A stretch of DNA of 64,000 nt from the human T2T-CHM13v2.0 reference genome, Homo sapiens. The stretch lies in NCBI RefSeq assembly GCF_009914755.1, contig NC_060944.1; one strand, written 5' to 3'. Below, in pieces: positions 1 to 15,000 of the stretch (within the stretch, counting starts at the first letter, position 1; each line of letters starts with the position of its first letter). The position numbers and the translations under genes are program-made. Under the pieces are notes generated by a model. It searched no databases. It was not told the origin of the DNA and was given only the letters and a program-made list of their open reading frames with translations.

Positions 1-3000
1 AATTGGAATCGAATGGAATGAAAGGGAATGGAATCAACCCACGTGGAATGGAATGGAATGGAATGGAATGGAATGGAATGGAATGGAATGGAATGGAATG
101 GAATGGAATATACCAGAGTGGAATGGAATACAATGGAATGGAAGGGAGTGGAATCAACCACAGTGGAATGGAATGAAATGGAATGGAATGGAAAAGAGTG
201 GAATGGAATGGTATGGAATGGAATGGAATGGATTGGAAACAAACCGAGTGTAATGGAATGGAATGGAAAGGAATGGAATGGAATGAAATCAACCCGAGTG
301 AAATGGAATGGAATGGAATGGGATGGAATAGAATGCAATGGACTGGATTGGAATCAATCTGAGTGGAATGGAAAGGAATGCAAAGGAATGGGATTGAAGG
401 GAATGGAATGGAATGGAATGGAATAAACCCGAGTAGAATGCAATGGAAGGGAATGGAATCGAAAGTAATGGAATGGCATTGAATGGAATCAACACGAGTG
501 GAATGGAATGGAATGGAATGGATTGGAGTGGCACGGAATCAACCCCAGTGGAATGTAATGTAAAGGAATGGAATGGAATGGAGTAGAATGAACCCGAGTC
601 GAATGGAATGGTATGGAATGAAACGGAATGGAATGGAATGGTATGGAATGGAATGGAATGGTATTGAATGGAATGGAATGGAATGGAATAGAATCCAATC
701 CAGTGTAAAGGAATGGAACGGAATGGAATAGAATGGAATGGAATGGAATGGAATGGAATGGAATGGAATGGAATGGAATGGAAAGGAATGGACTCTAATG
801 GAATAAATTGCAGTGGAATGGTATGGAATGCAAAGTAATATAATGAAAATGAGTGGAATCCACCAAAATGGAAAGGAAAGGAATGGAATGGAATGGAATG
901 AATGGAATGGATTGGAAAGGAATCAACCCGAGTGGAATGGAAAGGAATGGAATGGAATGGAATGGAATGGAATGGAATGGAATGGAATGGAATGGAAAGG
1001 AATGGAATGGAATGGATTGGAATGGAATCACCCCGTGGGGAATGGAAAGAATGGAATGCAATGGAAAGCAATGGCATGGAATGGAATGGAAAGGAATCGA
1101 ATGGAATGGAATGGAATGGAATGGAATCAACCCGGGTGGAATGGAATGGAATGGAATGGAATGGAATGGAATGGAATGGAATGGATTGGAATCAACCTGC
1201 GTGGAATGTAGTGCATTCGAATTGAATGGAATCAACAAGATAGGAATGGAATGAAATGGAATGGAATTCAATGGAATGGAATGGAATGGAATGCAATGGA
1301 ATCAACCCAAATGGAATGTAATGAAATGGAATTGAATGGAATTACCCCGAGTGAACAGGCATGGAAAGGAACGGAATAGAATTTAATGGAATGGAATGGC
1401 ATGCAATGGAATCAACACGAGTGCAATGGAATGCCATGAAATGGAATGCAATGCAATGGAATGGAACCAATAAGAGTGGAATGGATTGGAATGGAGTGGA
1501 ATGGAATGAAAGGGAATGGAATCAACCCGAGTGGAATGGAATGGAATGGAATGGAATGGAATGGAATGGAATGGAAAGGAATGGAATGGAATGGAATGGA
1601 ATGCAATGGAATGGAATACACCATAGTGGAATGGAATAGAATGGAATGGAATGGAGTGGAATCAACCCCATTGGAATGGAATGCAATGGAATGGAATGGA
1701 ATGGAAAGGAATGGAATGGAATGGGATGGAATGGGTTGGAATCAAACCGAGTGGAATGGAATGGAATGCAATGGAATGGAAAGGAATGGAATGGAATGAA
1801 ATAAACCCGAATGGAATGGAATGAAATGGAATGGAATGGAATGGAATGGAATGGAATGGAATGGAATAGAATGGAATAGAGTGGATTGGAATCAATCTGA
1901 GTGGAATGGAAAGGAATGGAAAGGAATGGAATTGAAGAGAATTGAATGGAATGGAACGGAATGGAATGGAATGGAATGGAATGGAATGCAATGCAATGGA
2001 ATCAACCAGAGTGGAATTGAGTGTAATGGATCGAAATGGAATGGAATGGAATGGAATAAACCTGAGTAGAATGCAATGGTAGGGAATGGAATCGAATGGA
2101 ATGGAATGGCATTGAATGGAATCAACACGAGTGGAATGGAATGGAATGGATTGGATTGGAAAGTTATGGAATCAACCCGAATGGAATGTAATGGAAAGGA
2201 ATGGAATGGAATGCAGTGTAATTAACCCGAGTGGAATGGAATGGTATGGAGTGAAATGGAACGGAATGGAATGGTATGGAATGGAATGGAATGAAAAGGA
2301 AAGGAAAGCAATGGAATCAAAACGAGTGGAATGGAATGGAATGTAAAGAAATGAAGTGGAATTCAATAGAATCAACACGAGTGGAATGAAATGGAAAGGA
2401 ATTTAACGGAATGGAATGGAATGGAATGGAATTCAATCCAATGAAAAGGAATGGAATGGAACGGAATAGAATGGAATGGAATGGAATGGAAAAAATTCGA
2501 GTGGAATGGAATGGAATGCAAAGTAATATAATGAAAATGAATGGAATCCACCCGAATGGAAAGGAAAGGAATGGAATGGAATGGAATGGAATGGAATGGA
2601 ATGGTATGGAGAGGAATGGAATTTAATGGAATGGAGAGGAATGGAATGGAATTGAATGGAATGGAATGCAAAGGAACGGAAAGGAATGGAATGGAATGGA
2701 ATTGAATGGAGTCAACGCAAATGTTATTGAATGGAATGGAATGGAATGGAATGGAATGGAATTGATTTGAATGGAATGGAATCAACTGGAATGGAATGCA
2801 ATGGAATGGAATGGAATGGAATGGAATCAAATAGAATAGAAACGAATGGAATGGAATGGAATGCAGTGGAATGGAATGGAATGGAATCAACCCGTGTGGA
2901 ATGTAAGGCAAAGGAATGGAATTGAATGGAATGGAATCAACAAAATTGGAAGGGAAGGGAATGGAATAGAATGGAATGGAATGGAATGGAATCTACAAAA

Positions 3001-6000
3001 GTGGAATGGAATGGAATGGAATACAATGGAATGGAATGGAATGGAATGGAATGGAATGGAATGGAATGGAATGGAATAAACCGGAGTGGAATGGAATGGA
3101 ATGGAATGCAATGGATTCGATTGGAACTTAATTAACCCGATTGGAATGGAGTGGAATGGAATGGAATGGAAAGAAGCCGATTGGAATGCAGTGGACTGAA
3201 AAGGAATGGAATTGAAAGGGATGGAATGGAATGGAATGGAATGCAATGGAATGGAATGGAATGGAATGGAATCAACCCGAGTGGAATGGAATAGAATAGA
3301 ATGGAATGCAATCAACCCAAGTGGAATGGAAAGGAGTGGAATGGAATCGAATGGAATGGATTGGAATGGAATGGAATCGAATGCAATCGAATGGAATAGC
3401 ATGGAAAGTAATGGAATACAATGGAAAGGAATCAAGCCAGGTGGAATCGAAAGGAATGGAATGGAATTGAATGCAATGGAATTGAATGGAATCAAGCCGA
3501 GTGGAATGTAATGGCATGGAATGGAGTGGAATGGAATGGAAAGGAATGGAATGGATTCAACGCGATTGGAAAGGAATGGAATGGAATGGAATGGAATCAA
3601 CCCGAGTGGAATGGAGTGCAACGGAATGGAATGAAATGGAATGGAATGGAATGGAATGGAATGGAATGGAATGGAATCAACGTGATTGTAAAGGAATGAA
3701 ATGAAATGGAATGGAATGGAATGCAATTGAATCAACTCGATTGGAAAGGAATGGTTGGAATGGAAATGAAAGGAATGGAATGGAATGAAATCAACCCGAA
3801 TGGAATGGAATGGAATGGAATGGAATGGAATTTAATGGAATGGAATGGAATGGAATGGAATGGAATGGAATGGAATGGAATGGAATGGAATGGAATCACC
3901 CAGAGTATAATTGAATGGAATGGAATGGAATGGAATGGAATGGAATGGAATGGAATGGAATGGAATGGAATGGAATAGATTCAAACCAAATGGAATGGAA
4001 TGGAATGGATTGGAATGCAATGGAATTGAATGGAATAAACTGAAGTGGAATGGTATAGAATGGAATGGAATGGATTGGAATGCAATGGAATGGGAAGGAA
4101 TGGAATCAACTAGAATGGAAAGGAATGGAATGGAATGGAATGCAGTGGAATGGAATGGAATGGAATCAACCCCTGTGGAATGTAATGCAAAGGAATGGAA
4201 AGGAATGGAATGGAATAAACAAAAGTGGAATGGAAGGGAATGGAATAGAATGGAATGGAATGGAATGGAAAGCAATGGAGTCAACCCGAATGGAATCGAA
4301 TGGAATGGAATGCAAAGGAATGGAATGGAATGGAATGGAATGGACTGGAATGGGATGGAATGGAATGAAACCGAGTGGAGTGGAATGGAATTGAATGAAA
4401 TGGAATGGAATAAACTGCAAATGAAAGGAATGGAATGGAATGTAATGGAAACAACCAGAGTGGAATGGAATTGAATGGAATGGAATGGAATGGAATCAAC
4501 CCGAGTGGAATGGAATTGAATCGAATGGAATGGAATGGAATCAACCAGAGTGGAATGGAATTGAATGGAATGGAATGGAATTAACCCGAGTGAAATGGAA
4601 TGGAAAGGAATGGAATGGAATTTAATGGAATGGAATTGAATGGAATCAACCTGAGTGGACTGAAATGAAATGGAGTGGAATGGAAAGCAATGGAATTGAA
4701 TGGAATCACCCAGAGTTGAATGGAATTGAATGGAATGGAATCAACCCAAATGGAATGTAATGAAATGGAATTGAATGGAATTACCCCGAGTGAAATGGCA
4801 TGGAAAGGAACGGAATAGAATTTAATGGAATGGAATGGCATGCAATGGAATCAACCCGATTGGAATGGAATGGCATGAAGTGGAATGCAATGCAATGGAA
4901 TGGAACCAATAAGAGTGAAATGGATTGGAATGGAATGGAATGGAATGAAAGGGAATGGAAACAACGCGAGTGGAATGGAATGGAATGGAATGCAACGGAA
5001 TGGAATGGAATGCAATGGAATGGAATGGAATACACCAGAGTGGAATGGAATAGAATGGAATGGAATGGAGTGGAATCAACCCCAGTGGAATGGAACGGAA
5101 CGGAATGGAATGGAATGAAATCAACCCGAGTGGAATGGAATGGAATGGAATGGAATGGGATGGAATAGAATGAAATGACGTGGATTGGAATCAATCTGAG
5201 TGGAATGGAAAGGAATAGAAAGGAATGGAATTGAAGAGAATGGAATGGAATGGAATGGAATGGAACGGAATTTAAAGGAATCAACCAGAATGGAATTCAC
5301 TGTAACAGACGGGAATGGAATGGAATGGAATGGAATGGAATGGAATGGAATGGAATGGAATGGAATGGAGAGGAATGGATTGGAGTGGAATGGAATGGAA
5401 TGGAATGGAATGGAATGGAATGGTATCAATACAAGTGCAATTGAATGGAATGGAATGGAATGGAATGGAATGGAATGGAGAGGAATGGAATGGAATTGAT
5501 TTGAATGCAATGGAATCACCTGAAATCGAATGGAATGGAATGGAATCAACTAGAATGGAAAGGAATGGAATGGAATGGAATGCAGTTGAATGGAATGGAA
5601 TGGAATCAACCCGTGTGGAATGTAATGCAAAGGAATGGAATGGAATGGAATGGAATGGAATCATCAAAAGTGGAATGGAAGGGAATGGAATAGAATGGAA
5701 TTGAATGGAATGGAATGGAAAGCAATGGAGTCAACCCGAATGGAATCGAATGTAATGAAATGCAATGGAATGGAATGGAATGCAATGGAATGTAATGGAA
5801 TTGAATGGAATGGGATAGGATGGAATGGAATGGAATCAACCAGAGTGGAATAGAATTGAATGGAATGGAATGGAATGGAATCAACCCGAGTGGAATGGAA
5901 TTGAATGCAATGGAATGGAATGGAATGGAATGGAATGGAATGGAATGGAATGGAATGGAATCAACCAGAGTGGAATGGAATTGAATGGAATGGAATGGAA

Positions 6001-9000
6001 TGGAATCAACCCGAGTGGAATGGAATTAAATGGAATGGAATGGAATGGAATCAACCCGAGTGGAATGGAATGGAATGGAATAGAATGGAATGGAATGGAA
6101 GGGAATGCAATGGAATTAACCCGAGTCAAATGGAATGGAAAGGAACGGAATGGAATTTAATGGAATGGAATGGAATGGAATCAACCTGAGTGGACTGGAA
6201 TGAAATGGAGTGGAATGGAAAGCAATGGATTTGAATGGAATCAGCCAGAGTTGAATGAAATTGAACGGAATGGAATGGAATGGAATCAACCCAAATGGAA
6301 TGTAATGGAATGGAATTGAATGGAATTACCCCGAGTGAAATGGCATGGAAAGGAACGGAATAGAAATTAATGGAATGAAATGGAATGGAATGGAATCAAC
6401 ATGAGTGGAATGGAATGGAATGAAATGGAATGCAATGCAATGGAATGGAACCAATAAAAGTGGAATCGAATGGAATGAAAGGGAATGGAATCAACCCACG
6501 TGGAATGGAATGGAATGGAATGGAATGGAATGGAATGGAATGGAATGGAATGGAATATACCAGAGTGGAATGGAATACAATGGAATGGAAGGGAGTGGAA
6601 TCAACCACAGTGGAATGGAATGAAATGGAATGGAATGGAAAAGAGTGGAATGGAATGGTATGGAATGGAATGGAATGGATTGGAAACAAACCGAGTGTAA
6701 TGGAATGGAATGGAAAGGAATGGAATGAAATGAAATCAACCCGAGTGAAATGGAATGGAATGGAATGGGATGGAATAGAATGCAATGGACTGGATTGGAA
6801 TCAATCTGAGTGGAATGGAAAGGAATGCAAAGGAATGGGATTGAAGGGAATGGAATGGAATGGAATGGAATGGAATAAACCCGAGTAGAATGCAATGGAA
6901 GGGAATGGAATGGAATGTAATGGAATGGCATTGAATGGAATCAACACGAGTGGAATGAATGGAATGGAATGGAATGGATTGGAGTGGCACGGAATCAACC
7001 CCAGTGGAATGTAATGTAAAGGAATGGAATGGAATGGAGTAGAATGAACCCGAGTCGAATGGAATGGTATGGAATGAAACGGAATGGAATGGAATGGTAT
7101 GGAATGGAATGGAATGGTATTGAACGGAATGGAATGGAATGGAATAGAATCCAATCCAGTGTAAAGGAATGGAACGGAATGGAATGGAATGGAATGGAAT
7201 GGAATGGAATGGAATGGAATGGAATGGAAAGGAATGGACTCTAATGGAATAAATTGCAGTGGAATGGTATGGAATGCAAAGTAATATAATGAAAATGAGT
7301 GGAATCCACCAAAATGGAAAGGAAAGGAATGGAATGGAATGGAATGAATGGAATGGATTGGAAAGAAATCAACCCGAGTGGAATGGAAAGGAATGGAATG
7401 GAATGGAATGGAATGGAATGGAATGGAATGGAATGGAATGGAATGGAATGGAAAGGAATGGAATGGAATGGATTGGAATGGAATCACCCCGTGGGGAATG
7501 GAAAGAATGGAATGCAATGGAAAGCAATGGCATGGAATGGAATGGAAAGGAATCGAATGGAATGGAATGGAATGGAATAGAATCAACCCGGGTGGAATGG
7601 AATGGAATGAAATGGAATGGAATGGAATGGAATGGAATGGAATGGAATGGAATGGAATGGAATGGATTGGAATCAACCTGCGTGGAATGTAGTGCATTCG
7701 AATTGAATGGAATCAACAAGATAGGAATGGAATGAAATGGAATGGAATTCAATGGAATGGAATGGAATGGAATGCAATGGAATCAACCCAAATGGAATGT
7801 AATGAAATGGAATTGAATGGAATTACCCCGAGTGAACTGGCATGGAAAGGAACGGAATAGAATTTAATGGAATGGAATGGCATGCAATGGAATCAACACG
7901 AGTGCAATGGAATGCCATGAAATGGAATGCAATGCAATGGAATGGAACCAATAAGAGTGGAATGGATTGGAATGGAGTGGAATGGAATGAAAGGGAATGG
8001 AATCAACCCGAGTGGAATGGAATGGAATGGAATGGAATGGAATGGAAAGGAATGGAATGGAATGGAATGGAATGCAATGGAATGGAATACACCATAGTGG
8101 AATGGAATAGAATGGAATGGAATGGAGTGGAATCAACCCCATTGGAATGGAATGGAATGGAATGGAATGGAATGGAATGGAATGGAAAGGAATGGAATGG
8201 AATGGGATGGAATGGGTTGGAATCAAACCGAGTGGAATGGAATGGAATGCAATGGAATGGAAAGGAATGGAATGGAATGAAATAAACCCGAATGGAATGG
8301 AATGAAATGGAATGGAATGGAATGGAATGGAAGGGAATGGAATGGAATGGAATGGAACGGAATAGAATGGAATAGAGTGGATTGGAATCAATCTGAGTGG
8401 AATGGAAAGGAATGGAAAGGAATGGAATTGAAGAGAATTGAATGGAATGGAACGGAATGGAATGGAATGGAATGGAATGGAATGCAATGCAATGGAATCA
8501 ACCAGAGTGGAATTGAGTGTAATGGATCGAAATGGAATGGAATGGAATGGAATAAACCTGAGTAGAATGCAATGGTAGGGAATGGAATCGAATGGAATGG
8601 AATGGCATTGAATGGAATCAACACGAGTGGAATGGAATGGAATGGATTGGATTGGAAAGTTATGGAATCAACCCGAATGGAATGTAATGGAAAGGAATGG
8701 AATGGAATGCAGTGTAATTAACCCGAGTGGAATGGAATGGTATGGAGTGAAATGGAACGGAATGGAATGGTATGGAATGGAATGGAATGAAAAGGAAAGG
8801 AAAGCAATGGAATCAAAACGAGTGGAATGGAATGGAATGTAAAGAAATGAAGTGGAATTCAATAGAATCAACACGAGTGGAATGAAATGGAAAGGAATTT
8901 AACGGAATGGAATGGAATGGAATGGAATTCAATCCAATGAAAAGGAATGGAATGGAACGGAATAGAATGGAATGGAATGGAATGGAAAAAATTCGAGTGG

Positions 9001-12000
9001 AATGGAATGGAATGCAAAGTAATATAATGAAAATGAATGGAATCCACCCGAATGGAAAGGAAAGGAATGGAATGGAATGGAATGGAATGGAATGGTATGG
9101 AGAGGAATGGAATTTAATGGAATGGAGAGGAATGGAATGGAATTGAATGGAATGGAATGCAAAGGAACGGAAAGGAATGGAATGGAATGGAATTGAATGG
9201 AGTCAACGCAAATGTTATTGAATGGAATGGAATGGAATGGAATGGAATGGAATTGATTTGAATGGAATGGAATCAACTGGAATGGAATGCAATGGAATGG
9301 AATGGAATGGAATGGAATCAAATAGAATAGAAACGAATGGAATGGAATGGAATGCAGTGGAATGGAATGGAATGGAATCAACCCGTGTGGAATGTAAGGC
9401 AAAGGAATGGAATTGAATGGAATGGAATCAACAAAATTGGAAGGGAAGGGAATGGAATAGAATGGAATGGAATGGAATGGAATCTACAAAAGTGGAATGG
9501 AATGGAATGGAATACAATGGAATGGAATGGAATGGAATGGAATGGAATGGAATGGAATGGAATAAACCGGAGTGGAATGGAATGGAATGGAATGCAATGG
9601 ATTCGATTGGAACTTAATTAACCCGATTGGAATGGAGTGGAATGGAATGGAATGGAAAGAAGCAGATTGGAATGCAGTGGACTGAAAAGGAATGGAATTG
9701 AAAGGGATGGAATGGAATGGAATGGAATGCAATGGAATGGAATGGAATGGAATGGAATCAACCCGAGTGGAATGGAATAGAATAGAATGGAATGCAATCA
9801 ACCCAAGTGGAATGGAAAGGAGTGGAATGGAATCGAATGGAATGGATTGGAATGGAATGGAATCGAATGCAATCGAATGGAATAGCATGGAAAGTAATGG
9901 AATACAATGGAAAGGAATCAAGCCAGGTGGAATCGAAAGGAATGGAATGGAATTGAATGCAATGGAATTGAATGGAATCAAGCCGAGTGGAATGTAATGG
10001 CATGGAATGGAGTGGAATGGAATGGAAAGGAATGGAATGGATTCAACGCGATTGGAAAGGAATGGAATGGAATGGAATGGAATCAACCCGAGTGGAATGG
10101 AGTGCAACGGAATGGAATGAAATGGAATGGAATGGAATGGAATGGAATGGAATGGAATGGAATCAACGTGATTGTAAAGGAATGAAATGAAATGGAATGG
10201 AATGGAATGCAATTGAATCAACTCGATTGGAAAGGAATGGTTGGAATGGAAATGAAAGGAATGGAATGGAATGAAATCAACCCGAATGGAATGCAATGGA
10301 ATGGAATGGAATGGAATTTAATGGAATGGAATGGAATGGAATGGAATGGAATGGAATGGAATGGAATCACCCAGAGTATAATTGAATGGAATGGAATGGA
10401 ATGGAATGGAATGGAATGGAATGGAATGGAATGGAATGGAATGGAATAGATTCAAACCAAATGGAATGGAATGGAATGGATTGGAATGCAATGGAATTGA
10501 ATGGAATAAACTGAAGTGGAATGGTATAGAATGGAATGGAATGGATTGGAATGCAATGGAATGGGAAGGAATGGAATCAACTAGAATGGAAAGGAATGGA
10601 ATGGAATGGAATGCAGTGGAATGGAATGGAATGGAATCAACCCCTGTGGAATGTAATGCAAAGGAATGGAAAGGAATGGAATGGAATAAACAAAAGTGGA
10701 ATGGAAGGGAATGGAATAGAATGGAATGGAATGGAATGGAAAGCAATGGAGTCAACCCGAATGGAATCGAATGGAATGGAATGCAAAGGAATGGAATGGA
10801 ATGGAATGGAATGGACTGGAATGGGATGGAATGGAATGAAACCGAGTGGAGTGGAATGGAATTGAATGAAATGGAATGGAATAAACTGCAAATGAAAGGA
10901 ATGGAATGGAATGTAATGGAAACAACCAGAGTGGAATGGAATTGAATGGAATGGAATGGAATGGAATCAACCCGAGTGGAATGGAATTGAATCGAATGGA
11001 ATGGAATGGAATCAACCAGAGTGGAATGGAATTGAATGGAATGGAATGGAATTAACCCGAGTGAAATGGAATGGAAAGGAATGGAATGGAATTTAATGGA
11101 ATGGAATTGAATGGAATCAACCTGAGTGGATTGAAATGAAATGGAGTGGAATGGAAAGCAATGGAATTGAATGGAATCACCCAGAGTTGAATGGAATTGA
11201 ATGGAATGGAATCAACCCAAATGGAATGTAATGAAATGGAATTGAATGGAATTACCCCGAGTGAAATGGCATGGAAAGGAACGGAATAGAATTTAATGGA
11301 ATGGAATGGCATGCAATGGAATCAACCCGATTGGAATGGAATGGCATGAAGTGGAATGCAATGCAATGGAATGGAACCAATAAGAGTGAAATGGATTGGA
11401 ATGGAATGGAATGGAATGAAAGGGAATGGAAACAACGCGAGTGGAATGGAATGGAATGGAATGCAACGGAATGGAATGGAATGCAATGGAATGGAATGGA
11501 ATACACCAGAGTGGAATGGAATAGAATGGAATGGAATGGAGTGGAATCAACCCCAGTGGAATGGAACGGAACGGAATGGAATGGAATGAAATCAACCCGA
11601 GTGGAATGGAATGGAATGGAATGGAATGGGATGGAATAGAATGAAATGACGTGGATTGGAATCAATCTGAGTGGAATGGAAAGGAATAGAAAGGAATGGA
11701 ATTGAAGAGAATGGAATGGAATGGAATGGAATGGAACGGAATTTAAAGGAATCAACCAGAATGGAATTGACTGTAACAGACGGGAATGGAATGGAATGGA
11801 ATGGAATGGAATGGAATGGAATGGAATGGAATGGAATGGAGAGGAATGGATTGGAGTGGAATGGAATGGAATGGAATGGAATGGAATGGAATGGTATCAA
11901 TACAAGTGCAATTGAATGGAATGGAATGGAATGGAATGGAATGGAATGGAGAGGAATGGAATGGAATTGATTTGAATGCAATGGAATCACCTGAAATCGA

Positions 12001-15000
12001 ATGGAATGGAATGGAATCAACTAGAATGGAAAGGAATGGAATGGAATGGAATGCAGTTGAATGGAATGGAATGGAATCAACCCGTGTGGAATGTAATGCA
12101 AAGGAATGGAATGGAATGGAATGGAATGGAATCATCAAAAGTGGAATGGAAGGGAATGGAATAGAATGGAATTGAATGGAATGGAATGGAAAGCAATGGA
12201 GTCAACCCGAATGGAATCGAATGTAATGAAATGCAATGGAATGGAATGGAATGCAATGGAATGGAATGGAATTGAATGGAATGGGATAGGATGGAATGGA
12301 ATGGAATCAACCAGAGTGGAATAGAATTGAATGGAATGGAATGGAATGGAATCAACCCGAGTGGAATGGAATTGAATGCAATGGAATGGAATGGAATGGA
12401 ATGGAATGGAATGGAATCAACCAGAGTGGAATGGAATTGAATGGAATGGAATGGAATGGAATCAACCCGAGTGGAATGGAATTAAATGGAATGGAATGGA
12501 ATGGAATCAACCCGAGTGGAATGGAATGGAATGGAATAGAATGGAATGGAATGGAAGGGAATGCAATGGAATTCACCCGAGTCAAATGGAATGGAAAGGA
12601 ACGGAATGGAATTTAATGGAATGGAATGGAATGGAATCAACCTGAGTGGACTGGAATGAAATGGAGTGGAATGGAAAGCAATGGATTTGAATGGAATCAG
12701 CCAGAGTTGAATGAAATTGAACGGAATGGAATGGAATGGAATCAACCCAAATGGAATGTAATGGAATGGAATTGAATGGAATTACCCCGAGTGAAATGGC
12801 ATGGAAAGGAACGGAATAGAAATTAATGGAATGAAATGGAATGGAATGGAATCAACATGAGTGGAATGGAATGGAATGAAATGGAATGCAATGCAATGGA
12901 ATGGAACCAATAAAAGTGGAATCGAATGGAATGAAAGGGAATGGAATCAACCCACGTGGAATGGAATGGAATGGAATGGAATGGAATGGAATGGAATGGA
13001 ATGGAATGGAATGGAATATACCAGAGTGGAATGGAATACAATGGAATGGAAGGGAGTGGAATCAACCACAGTGGAATGGAATGAAATGGAATGGAATGGA
13101 AAAGAGTGGAATGGAATGGTATGGAATGGAATGGAATGGATTGGAAACAAACCGAGTGTAATGGAATGGAATGGAAAGGAATGGAATGGAATGAAATCAA
13201 CCCGAGTGAAATGGAATGGAATGGAATGGGATGGAATAGAATGCAATGGACTGGATTGGAATCAATCTGAGTGGAATGGAAAGGAATGCAAAGGAATGGG
13301 ATTGAAGGGAATGGAATGGAATGGAATGGAATAAACCCGAGTAGAATGCAATGGAAGGGAATGGAATCGAAAGTAATGGAATGGCATTGAATGGAATCAA
13401 CACGAGTGGAATGGAATGGAATGGAATGGATTGGAGTGGCATGGAATCAACCCCAGTGGAATGTAATGTAAAGGAATGGAATGGAATGGAGTAGAATGAA
13501 CCCGAGTCGAATGGAATGGTATGGAATGAAACGGAATGGAATGGAATGGTATGGAATGGAATGGAATGGTATTGAATGGAATGGAATGGAATGGAATAGA
13601 ATCCAATCCAGTGTAAAGGAATGGAACGGAATGGAATAGAATGGAATGGAATGGAATGGAATGGAATGGAAAGGAATGGACTCTAATGGAATAAATTGCA
13701 GTGGAATGGTATGGAATGCAAAGTAATATAATGAAAATGAGTGGAATCCACCAAAATGGAAAGGAAAGGAATGGAATGGAATGGAATGAATGGAATGGAT
13801 TGGAAAGGAATCAACCCGAGTGGAATGGAAAGGAATGGAATGGAATGGAATGGAATGGAATGGAATGGAATGGAATGGAATGGAATGGAATGGAATGGAA
13901 AGGAATGGAATGGAATGGATTGGAATGGAATCACCCCGTGGGGAATGGAAAGAATGGAATGCAATGGAAAGCAATGGCATGGAATGGAATGGAAAGGAAT
14001 CGAATGGAATGGAATGGAATGGAATGGAATCAACCCGGGTGGAATGGAATGGAATGAAATGGAATGGAATGGAATGGAATGGAATGGAATGGAATGGAAT
14101 GGAATGGAATGGATTGGAATCAACCTGCGTGGAATGTAGTGCATTCGAATTGAATGGAATCAACAAGATAGGAATGGAATGAAATGGAATGGAATTCAAT
14201 GGAATGGAATGGAATGGAATGCAATGGAATCAACCCAAATGGAATGTAATGAAATGGAATTGAATGGAATTACCCCGAGTGAACAGGCATCTAAAGGAAC
14301 GGAATAGAATTTAATGGAATGGAATGGCATGCAATGGAATCAACACGAGTGCAATGGAATGCCATGAAATGGAATGCAATGCAATGGAATGGAACCAATA
14401 AGAGTGGAATGGATTGGAATGGAGTGGAATGGAATGAAAGGGAATGGAATCAACCCGAGTGGAATGGAATGGAATGGAATGGAATGGAATGGAATGGAAA
14501 GGAATGGAATGGAATGGAATGGAATGCAATGGAATGGAATACACCATAGTGGAATGGAATAGAATGGAATGGAATGGAGTGGAATCAACCCCATTGGAAT
14601 GGAATGGAATGGAATGGAATGGAATGGAAAGGAATGGAATGGAATGGGATGGAATGGGTTGGAATCAAACCGAGTGGAATGGAATGGAATGCAATGGAAT
14701 GGAAAGGAATGGAATGGAATGAAATAAACCCGAATGGAATGGAATGAAATGGAATGGAATGGAATGGAATGGAATGGAATGGAATGGAATGGAATGGAAT
14801 AGAATGGAATAGAGTGGATTGGAATCAATCTGAGTGGAATGGAAAGGAATGGAAAGGAATGGCATTGAAGAGAATTGAATGGAATGGAACGGAATGGAAT
14901 GGAATGGAATGGAATGGAATGGAATGCAATGCAATGGAATCAACCAGAGTGGAATTGAGTGTAATGGATCGAAATGGAATGGAATGGAATGGAATAAACC

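Noticed and set aside
1-12. Window starts AATTGGAATCG whereas other copies read AAGTGGAATCG; possible array edge
   Set aside because: A single substitution explains it, and the sequence is otherwise in register with the unit.
740-845. AATAAA and TATAAT motifs (potential polyA signal or promoter box) once or more per unit
   Set aside because: These arise easily by point mutation of GGAAT pentamers, and there is no supporting gene context.
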